A stretch of DNA of 64,000 bases. It comes from Hypanus sabinus. Lineage: Eukaryota. This document shows, one piece after another, positions 51,591 through 63,224 of the stretch. Made by a program: the position numbers and the translations under genes. The stretch lies in contig NC_082721.1 of assembly GCF_030144855.1 (NCBI RefSeq), positions 23,684,001 to 23,748,000 on the forward strand, in the 5' to 3' direction. The notes under the pieces are model-generated. The model searched no databases. It saw only the letters and a program-made list of their open reading frames with translations, and was not told where the DNA came from. The stretch's first letter is position 1, and each line of letters starts with the position of its first letter.

Positions 51591-51619
51591 TAACTAATTT
51601 TTTTTTACAGCTGTGGTTT

Positions 51620-51790
51620 TTCCAGTTTGCTTTGGCCTTTCCATACCAGTAGAGAAACCCTAGGACAGGCAGGTTGGTACGGGAGTGGGAAGTTAAAAAT
51701 GATTTACAACTGGGAGCTTGCGATGGCCGTTGCAGACAGTGTGCAGATCCCGCAAAATAGTCATGTAGTTTGCATTTAGTTCCAGTATAT
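51620..51790 (-). mobile_element. Older Penelope GIY-YIG endonuclease fragment
   Basis: Minus strand gives YTG.TKCKLHDYFA..LHTVCNGHRKLPVVNHF..SHSRTNLPVLGFLY, a decayed YIGETxRxLxxRFxEH...PVAxHF region. Confidence 0.65.
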
Positions 51791-53854
51791 TTGGTGTTCC
51801 AAGTTGTTGATGAAAAGGTGTGGACTAAAAACTGTTTAGTATATATTTTTTTCTGGACAGTCTATTCTCAATTCCTCTTTTGTTGTCTCAAAAGTTATCT
51901 TTCACAAACTGCTTGTTTAATATAAATTTCAAGAGAACAATATCTACATATTGAGCACTGTAGTTAAAACTGGCCTCTTTTTAACATAATTGTGCAGATG
52001 GAATCATGTATTTTGTATTTCATGGAGTAAAAATGTAGAACAATTTTGTTTTCTTTGTGAGGACATTCAAAGATAATGCATAACAAATAAATCTAATAAA
52101 GAATTTGTGAGCAAAGTTCTTTAACCAAACCGTATGAGACCTGGATGTCACTAATCCACTGATTAATTAGGCATATGTGGATTTTGAGGGGAGCTGCAGA
52201 GCACATGAGGGAGAAAGGAACCGAAGGGTTAGAGATGAAGAGAGTTGAAGTTAATATTCTAATGAATAAGTGCAGATATGTTCCAGCATTGATTGTTTTG
52301 CAATGAAAATTAGTTATTTTTATGGTGAATTATTTAAGATCAAACGTAATCATCTGGTTTGTGGTTATTTTGTTGGGATGATTAAGATTCTCTAAAGAAG
52401 CAGGAGAGAAAAAGGGTGCCATGCACTGAGCTGACTTTATTGTATGAACATGAAGTATTTTAGTGTACTATTGATCAAATTTCCTTTTTATACGCAATAA
52501 ATTTGAGTATCAAATAATTTGGATTAAGAAATATGAAATACTTATTTTTAAAGGATTCCTGTTATCAAACACTCTCAAGGTGTCATCAGGCTTGAATTGC
52601 ATGATTGTGCAGCACAATCATGGCTCTTGGCTGATCTTCCAGAGCACAAGTTCCTCTGCAATAAACTGCGGACTTTCAAATGAGATGCAAATCCATGGTT
52701 CTTTGTGTCTGGTCAAGGGAAGGCATAAATCCTCATGGCATGGTTTGAAGAGGAACTAGGATGATCACTAAATGTTATTAAAACTAGTCATATCTAGTTA
52801 AGTGGTGTGTGTGTGTGTGCCATCAAACCCCTGATTTATAACTTGCAGGGTGAGTCAATTGCCATAGTATTCACAGTATCTGACTAGCTGTTCAAGCCTC
52901 ATGACTCAAAAGGTCTAAAAACAGAAAATACTAGAGATCAAAATTACATTTAGGGGCTGATGATCATTGACCTAAAGCATGAATTCAGTTTCTCTCACCA
53001 TTAATGCTGCAGTACTTGCTGGGTAGCCCGAACATTTTCTGTTTAAATTTTGGTACCTGCAGATTTTTGCTTGTAGATGGATCAGTCACTTATAAATCAG
53101 ATGCCTGGTTGGTGCTACCAACTGCCGTCCACAGACTTGTGATGTTAATGCAGTTCAATGCCATTGGGGAAGTGGTTGAATAGAAAAGGAATTGGGCAGG
53201 AGTTGGTTTGTTTAAGTTGACCATGAGAGACAGGAATAATCATATTATGAACTTAGGATGAGCAGAGTAGAGGCTTCTTTTTGGTGATAGTGTCAGGCTA
53301 TCTTGGGGCAGCAATGCAGCCAAAGCCTAAATATCTTCCAGTCTTGCTGGAATGAGAACATGCACAGCTTCATTCTCACTTTTGACTTAATGTTTGACGG
53401 AAAACCAGTGATGAAACAAAAGATGTCTTGACTTGAGATGGAAGACCGACTGAGGTATATTTAAGAATAGGGAGATTAAGTGGGCATAAATGCAGTAGGC
53501 TGGGGAGCTGAAAGCCTAAGTATGTTACCCTAGTCTTCACTTTGAGTGTAGCTCATGATGTTAATAGTAATGGGCTCTTGAAATTTAATGTCTCATTTAT
53601 GTTTAATTGTTAGCTTGTATACGTGAACATGGTATTTGGTGAGATAACATAAGTGTATTTAATTTAGCTCTTGGCATCAATTGCTCCCATATAAAGTTAA
53701 CTTGGAAAGAGGGTGGGAAATATATCCAATATTCAGTTTCCTTTGACTTCACTGATTAGGAACTATAGCATCACAAACAGATTTGATGCAAACAACACAC
53801 ACAAAATGCTGGTGGAACACAGCAGGCCAGGCAGCATCTATAGGGAGAAGCACT

Positions 53855-53888
53855 GTTGACGTTTTGGGCTGAGACCCTTTGTCAGGAC
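53855..53888 (-). ncRNA. Minimal hammerhead ribozyme motif, degenerate copy
   Basis: Minus strand GTC CTGACAA A GGGT CTCA GCCC AAAA CGTC AAC. Confidence 0.55.
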
Positions 53889-54443
53889 TAACTGAAAGGA
53901 GAGATACTAAGAGATTGAAAGTAGTGGGGGGAGGGGGAAATGCAAAATGATAGGAGAAGACCGGAGGGGGTGGGATGAAGCTAAGAGCTGGAAAGGTGAT
54001 TGGCAAAAGTGATACAGAGCTGGAGAAGGGAAAGGATCATGGGATGGGAGGCCTCGGGAGAAAGAAAGGGGGAGGGGAGCACCAGAGGGAGATGGAGAAC
54101 AGACAGAGTGATGGGCAGAGAGAGAGAAAAAATACAAACAACTAAGTATGTCAGGGATGGGTTAAGAAGGGGAGGAGGGGCATTAACGGAAGTTAGAGAA
54201 GTCAATGTTCATGCCATCAGATTGGAGGCTTCCCAGCCTTTAATTTTAATTCCACGTCCCATTCCCATTCTGATATGTCTATCCATGGCCTCCTCTACTG
54301 TCAAGATGAAGCCACACTCAGGTTGGAGGAACAACACCTTATATACTGGCTGGGTAGCCTCCAACCTGATGACATGAACATTGACTTCTCTAACTTCTAT
54401 TAATGCCCCTCCTCCCCTTCTTACCCCATCCCTGACATATTTA

Positions 54444-56186
54444 CCGTAAATTCCGGACTATAAGCTGCTACTTTTTTCCCACGCTTTGAACACTGCGGCC
54501 TATACTGCCGTCCGGCTAATGCATGTTTTTTTTTCATGCCGCCAAAAACATTTTGCCTCGTAACAGTAGACCAATAAAATTGATGAGTAGTTCACAGAGG
54601 TCCAATGAAATTGTACGATAAATCAAGCGCACTTTCACAATTAAATTATTGTAAATCAGTCATTTGTACTCACCCTCATCAACATGGAAAACACTCGAAG
54701 AAAAGCATATGATGCAGCTTTTAAGTTAAAGGCGATCAATCTGGCAGTTGAAGAAGGAAATCGAGCTGCTGCACATAATCTTAGCATAAATGAATCGATG
54801 GTGAGACGGTGGAGACGCCAGCGTGAAGAACTGAGTCAACGCAAAAAGACGACAAAAGCTTTCAGAGGTAATCATAGCAGATGGCCCGAACTTGAAAACT
54901 TTCTTGAAGACTGGGTTAACACACAAAGAGCAGGTGGCCGTGTTGTTTCCACCGTGCAGATCAGACTGAAGGCTAAAGCAATCGCCACCAAAATGAAAAT
55001 CAAAGATTTTAGAGGTGGGCCATCGTGGTGTTTTAGATGTATGAGACGAAAAGGCCTGTCCGTCAGGGTACGCACGACTCTGTGTCAGCAGCTCCCTCCC
55101 GACCACGAGGAAAAGCTTGCTAACTTCCGCACATTCACTCAAACAAAGATAGCGGAGAATTCCATTGGGCCAGATGATATCATAAATATGGATGAAGTAC
55201 CTTTGACGTTTGACCTGCCTCTCACTCGGACTGTTAATAAAAAAGGTGACTCGTCCATCACACTGAAAACAAGTGGCCATGAGAGAACACATTTTACTTG
55301 TGTTCTGAGCTGCACAGCATCTGGACTAAAGCTTCCACCGATGGTGATTTTTTAAGCAGCTGACAATGAAAGTTCAGTGAAAGCTGCCATCAAGAGTACA
55401 AACTCAATTCCAGCTGTGATTCCTGGGGGCACCACGAAGTATTTGCAGCCACTGGACATCAGCGTGAACCGGGCATTTAAAGTGGCGCTGCGCGTTGAGT
55501 GGGAGGCTTGGATGACGAGCAGTGAGAAATCCTTTACCAAAACAGGACGCATGCGAAGAGCAGCTTTAACTCAAGTCTGCCAGTGGATCCTAAATGCGTG
55601 GAGCCGTGTCACAACATCCACCATCACCAACGGGTTTTGAAAGGCTGCATGATGAAGAGGACCGCGTGCGCTCAAGTGAGAGCGACAACGAAGAGACTGA
55701 AGTGAATGACGAGATCCTGAGGTTTTATTCAATTCGGACACTGAAGGACTTTGATGGTTTTAGTGCGCAGGAGGAAGATGAAGAAGGCGATCAATAACTT
55801 TTCCTGGTAGGCTGCAGTATATATTTTTTTTACCAGTCGTTAGGAGACATTGGAATGTTGTTCGTGCACTGTTCAGTAAAAAAGTATACGCAACGTAATT
55901 TGTGTGTTACCGATACGTATGTATATTTAAAAGTAGCTGTGTTACAGGCACTGTTCGAAAAAAAAGCATTTGCAATATGTATTTGTTTATGTTACCATAC
56001 GGATTTAATTAAAAGTTAAAAAATCCTCACGTGTAATATCTTTCTGTGTAAATATCTCATATTACAACGTGGGACACCTGCGGCTTAAAATCCGGTGCGG
56101 CTTGTACAAGTACAAAATTGATTTTCTTTCTAAAATTAGAGCGTGCAGCTTTTAATCAGGTGCGCTTTGTAGTCCGGAATCTACAG
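54444..56186 (+). mobile_element. pogo-superfamily DNA transposon (POGK/Passer-like), internally deleted
   Basis: TIRs CCGTAAATTCCGGACTATAAG / CTTTGTAGTCCGGAATCTACAG with TA at 54442-54443 and 56187-56188. The empty site GACATATTTAGTTGTTTG is visible in the paralogous PLE copy (reverse complement of ~63606-63623). Confidence 0.95.
54684..55640 (+). pseudogene. pogo (POGK-like) transposase, disrupted
   Basis: 223-aa ORF with Brinker-type DBD (RRKAYDAAFKLKAI..NRAAA...INESMVRRWR), CENP-B HTH (WPELE..LEDWV..R) and DDE_1 start (NMDEVPLTFD..GHERTHFTCVL....G.KLPPMVIF). After a frameshift and deletion it resumes IPGGTTKYLQPLDISVNRAFK. The middle catalytic D region is missing. Confidence 0.92.
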
Positions 56187-56446
56187 TAGTTGTTTGTTTT
56201 TTTTTCTCTCTCTCTGCCTATCACTCTGCCTGTTTTCCATCTCCCTCTGGTGCTCCCTGCTCCCCCTTTCTTTCTCCCGAGGCCTCCCATCCCATGATCC
56301 TTTCCTTTCTCCAGCTCTGTATCACTTTGACCAATCACCTTTCCAGCTCTTAGCTTCATCCCACCCTCTCCGGTCTTCTCCTATCAGTTTGCATTTCCCC
56401 CTCCCCCTACTATTTTCAAATCTCTTAGTATCTCTCCTTTCAGTTA

Positions 56447-56480
56447 GTCCTGACGAAGGGTCTCTGCCCAAAACGTAGAC
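56447..56480 (+). ncRNA. Minimal hammerhead ribozyme motif, degenerate copy
   Basis: GTC CTGACGA A GGGT CTCT GCCC AAAA CGTA GAC, in the 3' region downstream of the GIY-YIG stop on the same strand. Confidence 0.6.
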
Positions 56481-57573
56481 AGTTCTTCTCCCTATAGATG
56501 CTGCCTGGCCTGCTGTGTTCCACCAGCATTTTGTGTGTGTTGCTTGAATTTCCAGCATCTGCAGATTTCCTCGTGTTTGCTGAGATTTGATGCAAGTTAG
56601 GTATGGGAATTCAGTATAGACCCACAACGAATAATTGGCTTTACTCAAAATAAAGGTATTCTTGCATTTAGAACAGGAAGCATTTCAGTGAGTATCACTG
56701 AAAGATTTGTGGATGTTTGCTTCATTATGAAAAGAAACCTCTACCTTTGTGTACTGGGAACCAGAAAATGCTTGGTTCCCAGCATACCATTAACTAGCTT
56801 ATTCCTCATTGCTTATGTCACTTGCTGTCTTTCATCACATTGCAAGTACTCTATCTCTGCCTTGACTGATTTGCATGTAGAAGTCCATTCACAAGACAAC
56901 AATATGCCTGCTGAAATCAAGCCAAGAATAGAAGGAAGTGACAATGAGTCACCACAAAGATAAACAAAATTAATAAATGAATCAGCTGATTCATTTGAAA
57001 TTAGTGAGGAGGAAATGCAGTTCACCTGGTCCCCATTTTACTGCCTGCCATTCCCATGGAGATGCTAATATTGTTGCGATAGCTGCACTAATATATTACT
57101 GGGAAAGAATTGCTTGGCCTCCGACAGGATCTGGCTGCTCCAATGAGACTGGTCTCCAGAGCATCCTTATAACTTTATTTTAAAAAGGCAGTGTTATCAG
57201 TGGTTCTCCAGGATTCCTGTTTAACAGAAAAAAATACTGGCTGCTTTTTGGGAATCTGTAAATAGCCATAGTTATCCTAAATTTGTCACAATTGAAGCTT
57301 TTCGAATTCAGAAGAATGTTTATCCCATTCCAACTTGAGATAATATTGGATTTTCTCACTTTGTGCATTTTTTTTTGTATTTTGTTTTGAATATTTAATC
57401 ACTTTCAGACATTCAAGCTTATTTAAATTTGGACGTGATCTTTTTTTCTCTCTTTTGTGAACATGAGTAGTCAATACACATCACTAATTATTGCTTCAAC
57501 AGACCCTTCCACCAGTATTAACTTTGAGTTTCTTAAGTATCAGTAAACAAGAAGTTAATTTGGCACAGATATA

Positions 57574-58080
57574 AACTCAGTGACCACTTCATTAGGTGCC
57601 CCTGTACACTTCATTAGAGTAAATATCTAATTGGTCAATCACGTGGCAGCAACTCAATGCATAAAAAGCATGCAGTCATGGTCAAGAGGTTCAGTTGATA
57701 TTCAGATCAAACATCAGAATGGGGAATAAATGTAATCTAAGTGATTTTGATGGTTGCTGCCAGGTGGAGTGGTTTGGGTATCTCATAAACTTAAAAAAAA
57801 AAGAAAAAAAAACATTCGGCGAGCAGCAGTTCTGTGGGTGAAAACACTTTGTTAAAGAGAGAGGTTAGAGGAGTTCGATGGGTGCCAGATGGGTTTGAGC
57901 TGACAGGAAGGCAATGGCAGCTCAAATAACCACACATTACAACAGTGGTATGCAGAAGAGCATCTCTCAATGCACAACATATTGAACCTTCAAGTGGATG
58001 AAATACAGCCACAGAAGATCATGAACATGCACTCAGTGGCCATTTTATGATGGTGGTACCAATAAGGTGGCCACTGAGGG
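57574..58080 (+). mobile_element. Tc1-derived non-autonomous element
   Basis: TIR-like AACTCAGTGACCACTTCATT / AATAAGGTGGCCACTGAGGG between TA dinucleotides. Relic N-terminal transposase MGNKCNLSDF...QFCG.K..V.ERG.R...QIT.HYNSGMQKSIS. An extra left TIR sits at 58030. Confidence 0.8.
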
Positions 58081-61000
58081 TATATTTAAATTTATTTTTT
58101 AAAAGGTCAATATTTAAATTCACTCCAAGTTACTGTATCTAACTTCACTTTCTGAATTTTGGATTGCACATGCAAGTTTTTTCTTTGAATATTTTGCTTT
58201 AGATGCTTTGGATTAGTTATAGATATATTCTGATTTTTTAAAAAAATCTTTGTAGTGAATGCCAAAACAGCAAATTATCCTAGCACATATGTTAATACAC
58301 AATGGGCTAAAAGTCTTGAAGAAAAACAACCTCTCTTTTTGTTTCTTAGCACCGTTGTGTCAAAGCTGTAATTTAGTGAAGTTCATGTAAGGATAAACTT
58401 TTTTTAAACTTTTGATTTAGATGAAAAAAAGTCCTGGAAAGCTGTAGTAGAAATCAAACAAAAACCTGAAAGTACTCAGCATCCTCTGTCAATGTCTAGA
58501 AAAGGAATAAACAGATTAATTTTACAGATCGAAACCCTTTATTGGAATGAGAGGGGACAAAAGAGCTCTTCATGGTCAGTTCAGAAGCATGCGAGAGGAG
58601 GCCAAATTACAAAAATTCTCAAATACTGACATGGCAAGGTGCTGCTAATAAGACCATAAGGGCATAGGAACAGAATCAGGCCATTCGGTCTGTCAAGTCT
58701 ATTCTATCAGTCAATCAATCAGGGATGATCTATTATTCCCTCTGTCTCATTCTCCTGTCTTCTCGCAGTAGCCTTTGCCATTCTACTAATTGAGAACCTG
58801 TAAACCTCTGCTTTAAATATACCTAATGTCTTAGCCTCCAAAGCCATCTGCAGCAATTAGTTACACAGATTCACCATCCTCTGGTTTAAAAAAAAATTCT
58901 TCTCATATCTGTTTTGAGAGATATATTGTACCACGCCTTTGCAGACAGGATCTCTGCTCTGTTCTAATGCTGTATATAAGTAGAGATTATTTCTGTCTGC
59001 ATAAGGCATTAATATATAAATGCCCTAAGATCAAAGTGAGTGGAGTTTAATGGGAATGGGAAAATTTGGAGTTAATAGCTCACATACAGTCTGGGGTGTG
59101 AGCAGGATAGGGTGAGAACCTCCAGTGGCCAGAGAAATGTATTTTTAAAATACAGTAAAAGGCTTTGGGAAAATGATGATTAATAATGATGACATTAATA
59201 ATAGAATTTCAGGGAGAAACAAATGACGGAAGGACTTGCTCTTGTTTCAAGTGATACTAAATACAAAGTATGATTAACACTTGCAGCTGCAAGTTCCTAT
59301 TTGAGACACCATAGTTCAGGTGGATGGAAAAAATGTGATTGTGCTTTATCAACCCCAACATCTGGGAAGGCCCAGCTACCAACAGGCAAAATGTTAGGCC
59401 AGGGAATACAATCAAGGTCAAGAGGTCTGGCGTCAGGTAACTGCTGAGCTATAGGGGTAGCTGCTGTTGTGGATAGAGATCTTCTCTCATCGAGCATATA
59501 CATAACAAACTCACCTACCTATACCTGAATATGAGCACTAGTATGTTGCAAAATATAGTGGCTGGTGCACAAAGGCCACAGAAATGTAATTGTGAAAATA
59601 CCTTTACTACAATAATGGCAGTGGTTCAGGAAAACTCCTCCACCCTCTTCCTCTTGGCAAAACGTGGCCTCATCTGCAACTAAGTTATAATTGTTCTTGA
59701 GACATTTTGGGAAGTTGGCCCTTAGCATTTGCACAGCTTCCATAACATCAGGAAGTGCCAAAATGCTTCACAGAAAAGTTTCAATGTTTAATTGTTGGAG
59801 TAGTGTTGGGAAGTGCAGCAATTTGAGTTCAGTATGGTTGCGTACTAACAAGTGAGTTAGTTGGAAATGGAATTGGTTTATTATTGTCGTATGTACTGAG
59901 ATACAGTGATGAGCTTGCCTTGCAAACTGTTCTTATAGTTCAGATATTACACAGTGCACTGAGCTAAAACAAGATAAAGCAATAACGATGGAGAATGATG
60001 TGTAACAGCTACAGAGATGGTGCAGTTAAACAATAAGGTGCAAGCTCAAAACGAGGAGATTGTGAGGTCAAGAATCAATCTTATTGTGCAAGGGAAGCAT
60101 TCAGTAGTGTTTTAACAGCAGGGTAAAAGATCAACAAATCTATTTTAGTAATAAAAAGAACAACAGATTGTGTATGTCCATCTGAGAGAACAGATAGGTA
60201 CAAGTTTAGTGTCTTGCTCCAAAGATATTGACATTGTAGCTTTCACTCATTTCACAGCATCGGGTGTACTTGAGTATTTGGTGTGCAAATTGAATCTACA
60301 GCCATCTGACTCCAAGATAAGCAAGCTACTCTTGAACCACAAAAATCAGAGCCAACTTGATTTTGTGTCAACTTTCTGTTCTTGGACAGAAGGGGGGGAT
60401 GTAATATTGTAACCACCTCAGCTTTGTCACTTTGTTAAATGGGAAAAGAGTTGCCTTGTGAGTGTTGAATGAGGCATCTAAGGCTAGGAGTTAATTTGTA
60501 TAAATTTCTGTCTTATGCAGAAAATATATCAAGAATCTTAGACTGGGAATAAATGGATGAGTATTGCACCCAACTTAGATTTCTCAGTAGTCTCTGATTT
60601 CCTTTTAAGAGCCAAGCTGACAGGCAAAGTTACATTCTTGGTTTCGTGATAATTAATGGCACATGTTAAAGTTGGCTCTTTATGGGACAATTCACGTAAA
60701 CTACATGGATGCTGACTGACTTGCTTGTTTCCACAGGTATTTTGTGTTTGTTGCATGTGAACTGTATGACTTTCATTGAGGTAGTTTATTCATACGTTCT
60801 TTATCCATCTTAATCAATTTTCAATTTTTTATTGGTAAACATATCTGAAGAAATAAAGATTTCCATTTTATAATAGTTATCAGACTCCAGAATGTCCTAA
60901 ATCCCATTGAAACCAATGAAGGACTGAAGAAGTGTAGGAACTAGTTTGCACATGTTTGGAGCCCACAATCTGCCTTATGATAATCAAAATAAGTTCCTTT

Positions 61001-61323
61001 TGGGTAATGTCAGTTGCGGAGTATCTACTGGCTGGTACATAAGATATAATTTTTAAATAATAGTCACGTAGGATCTTTTTATTTGCATTAGAGAAAGATT
61101 GTAACTCTATTTAACACTGAACGATTTTACTTTACAAGGATTGCTGGACTGATGTTGTCCTCAATTCTTTGGATTTGAACTTGAACCTACAGTGTTCTGG
61201 CTCTGAAGTAAGTGCACTGCCAAAATGAGCCATGCTCTTAGTATTTGTGATGTTGTGAGAGCTGTTTACTTGCTTTCTACAGCATGCTCCCATCAATGCA
61301 GAAACTTATGAATCCTCTTGATT

Positions 61324-61364
61324 TTGTTTTACATCTTTTGAGTGTGTTGTTTTACATCTTTTGA
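61324..61364. repeat. Two-copy tandem repeat, 23-bp period
   Basis: TTGTTTTACATCTTTTGA at 61324-61341 and 61347-61364. Confidence 0.85.
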
Positions 61365-63224
61365 CTGTTTACAGAGATGTGGCTCTCTTTTATAAGGCTC
61401 TAAGACCCTGCCAATTTAAAACGTGAAACAGAAGCAAGAATAGGGAATTCTTCCTTCACAACTATTTTGCATTCAAGATTTTTTTCTTGCCTTTCTGCTC
61501 TCCTGTTCTGTCTGCTCATCTCTTGATTCCTATAGCGCCCAAACCTAGTAACCTCAGACTTTCTGAGCTTAAATGACTGATCATCTATAATCCTTATGAA
61601 AAATCAGAAATAGTAGTGGGCCATTAGTTAAAAGAATTTTAGAATTTCACAAGCTTCTGTAACTGTAACACTTTATTCTGCATTGTTATTTTTCCCCTGT
61701 GCGGTCTATTCGTTTTGAAATATGCAAAGCTAAGTTTTTCACTTCATCTCAGTACACACAAAAGTAATAAACCAAAAACATTCCAAATTCCTTGAAGAAA
61801 TTTCACTCCATCTTGTGGAAATAGCCAAGGTACACAGCCTTTCAGCATTTACCTAGCTAATCCATTTCATGTACTTTATTGAATGTAGGCATGCTTAATA
61901 AGTGGTGTACAAATGTAGTACAATAACACTGCTTTGTACCTGCAACAGTTATTTATAAAGGAACAACTTGAATACTTGCAGGACATGGCACAATTTTGGC
62001 TGGCTGTCTATTAAAGTACAAGTAGGCAACAAGGCTGTTAATTATTTGTTCATTTTTCAGTTAGCTCCTGGATGTTCTGCAAAGTTCTCTTTCTTCTGTT
62101 AACCAAGTCATAAAGTTATACCCTTCAGCCAGCTAGAATGTTAATTTAATTTGTGGTATTTGCACTAAGGTGATTGTTCCTACTATCAATTTAAAATTTT
62201 ATCTGGAGTGAATTTTGAACTACTTCATACCCAAAGTTCAAAATAAGTTTTATTATTGAAGTACATATCATTTATCTGAGATTCATTTTCTTGTGGTCAT
62301 ACTCAACAGATCTATAGAATAGTAACTATAACAGGATAAACATAAGACCACCCATCTGGGCATTCAACCAGAGTGTAGAAGACAACAAACCCTGCAACCT
62401 GTGTAGCCCCACTTCTCTCTTATGTTGCCCCAGTTTTGACTGGGCTTTTATTTTCAAAATAGCTGCTGCCATTTTCTGCCATGAAAACTGCCTCGCTGAT
62501 TTTTGCTTTATAAAATGTCTATTATTCTGCGCACAGCATACTTGAAGTCCCTGTTGAAAAGTAACAATGAAGGGTACACATCCACAGCACAAATTGCTTA
62601 TGAAATAACCAATTTAGTGGTGGGGGGGGGGAATGTTGAAATGTCATCTAGGGAGAGGTAGTGCTATTATAAGGTTGTGGCTGGGGCTCATTGTAAGAGT
62701 AAAGGGAGTTTTGTACATGCAGTGCTGATTTGAATGTGTTTACTAACACCTGGTAGAGAATATGAATTCCCTCACATTGACACAGCTTGGAGCTGTAACA
62801 GCAAAAATCTTGCAGTTATATCGCAAGATCATGATCACGGGCCATCTTTAATCATCTCACAGCGAGTAAATCATTTTTTAAGTCCCTGTTAAGTAGTAAG
62901 GACACACAGAGTGGGATGAATCACCGGTTAAATCTTTTGTTGGTGATGGTTGTTAAATGATAAATGTACTTCAGCGTAGTGGAGGAATTCCCCTGCTTTT
63001 CTAATAGTCCCACATGATCTCTTACAGAAAGAACCTTCGATATCCTATCTGAAGGTCTGCCCCTCCCGAACATACAGCAGTGCCCCCAAAACCCCATACG
63101 GACCTGCTGCATTCTCTTGCCAGAATCAGATTCAGAGTCAGATTTAATATCACTGATGTGTAATGAAATTTGTTGTTTTGTGGCAGCAGTACAATGCAAT
63201 ACATAAATAACTAATTACAATAAG

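Larger units (their letters stand above)
53792..56582. mobile_element. Penelope-like element insertion: inverted (tail-out) composite with 13-bp TSD
   Basis: AGATTTGATGCAA at 53779-53791 and 56583-56595. Minus arm 53792-54238. Plus arm ~54245-54443 and 56187-56582 encodes FNSTSHSHSDMSIHGLLYCQDEATLRLEEQHLIYWLGSLQPDDMNIDFSNF (GIY-YIG C-terminus). Confidence 0.9.

Noticed and set aside
52918-53070. Older PLE-tail-like copy with CTGATGA at 52957-52963 (similar relics near 15500, 16090, 58455, 60700)
   Set aside because: Probably an older related family, but helix II and GAAA are too decayed to call a ribozyme or set boundaries.
54726-55292. 188-aa minus-strand ORF
   Set aside because: Antisense shadow of the pogo transposase ORF.
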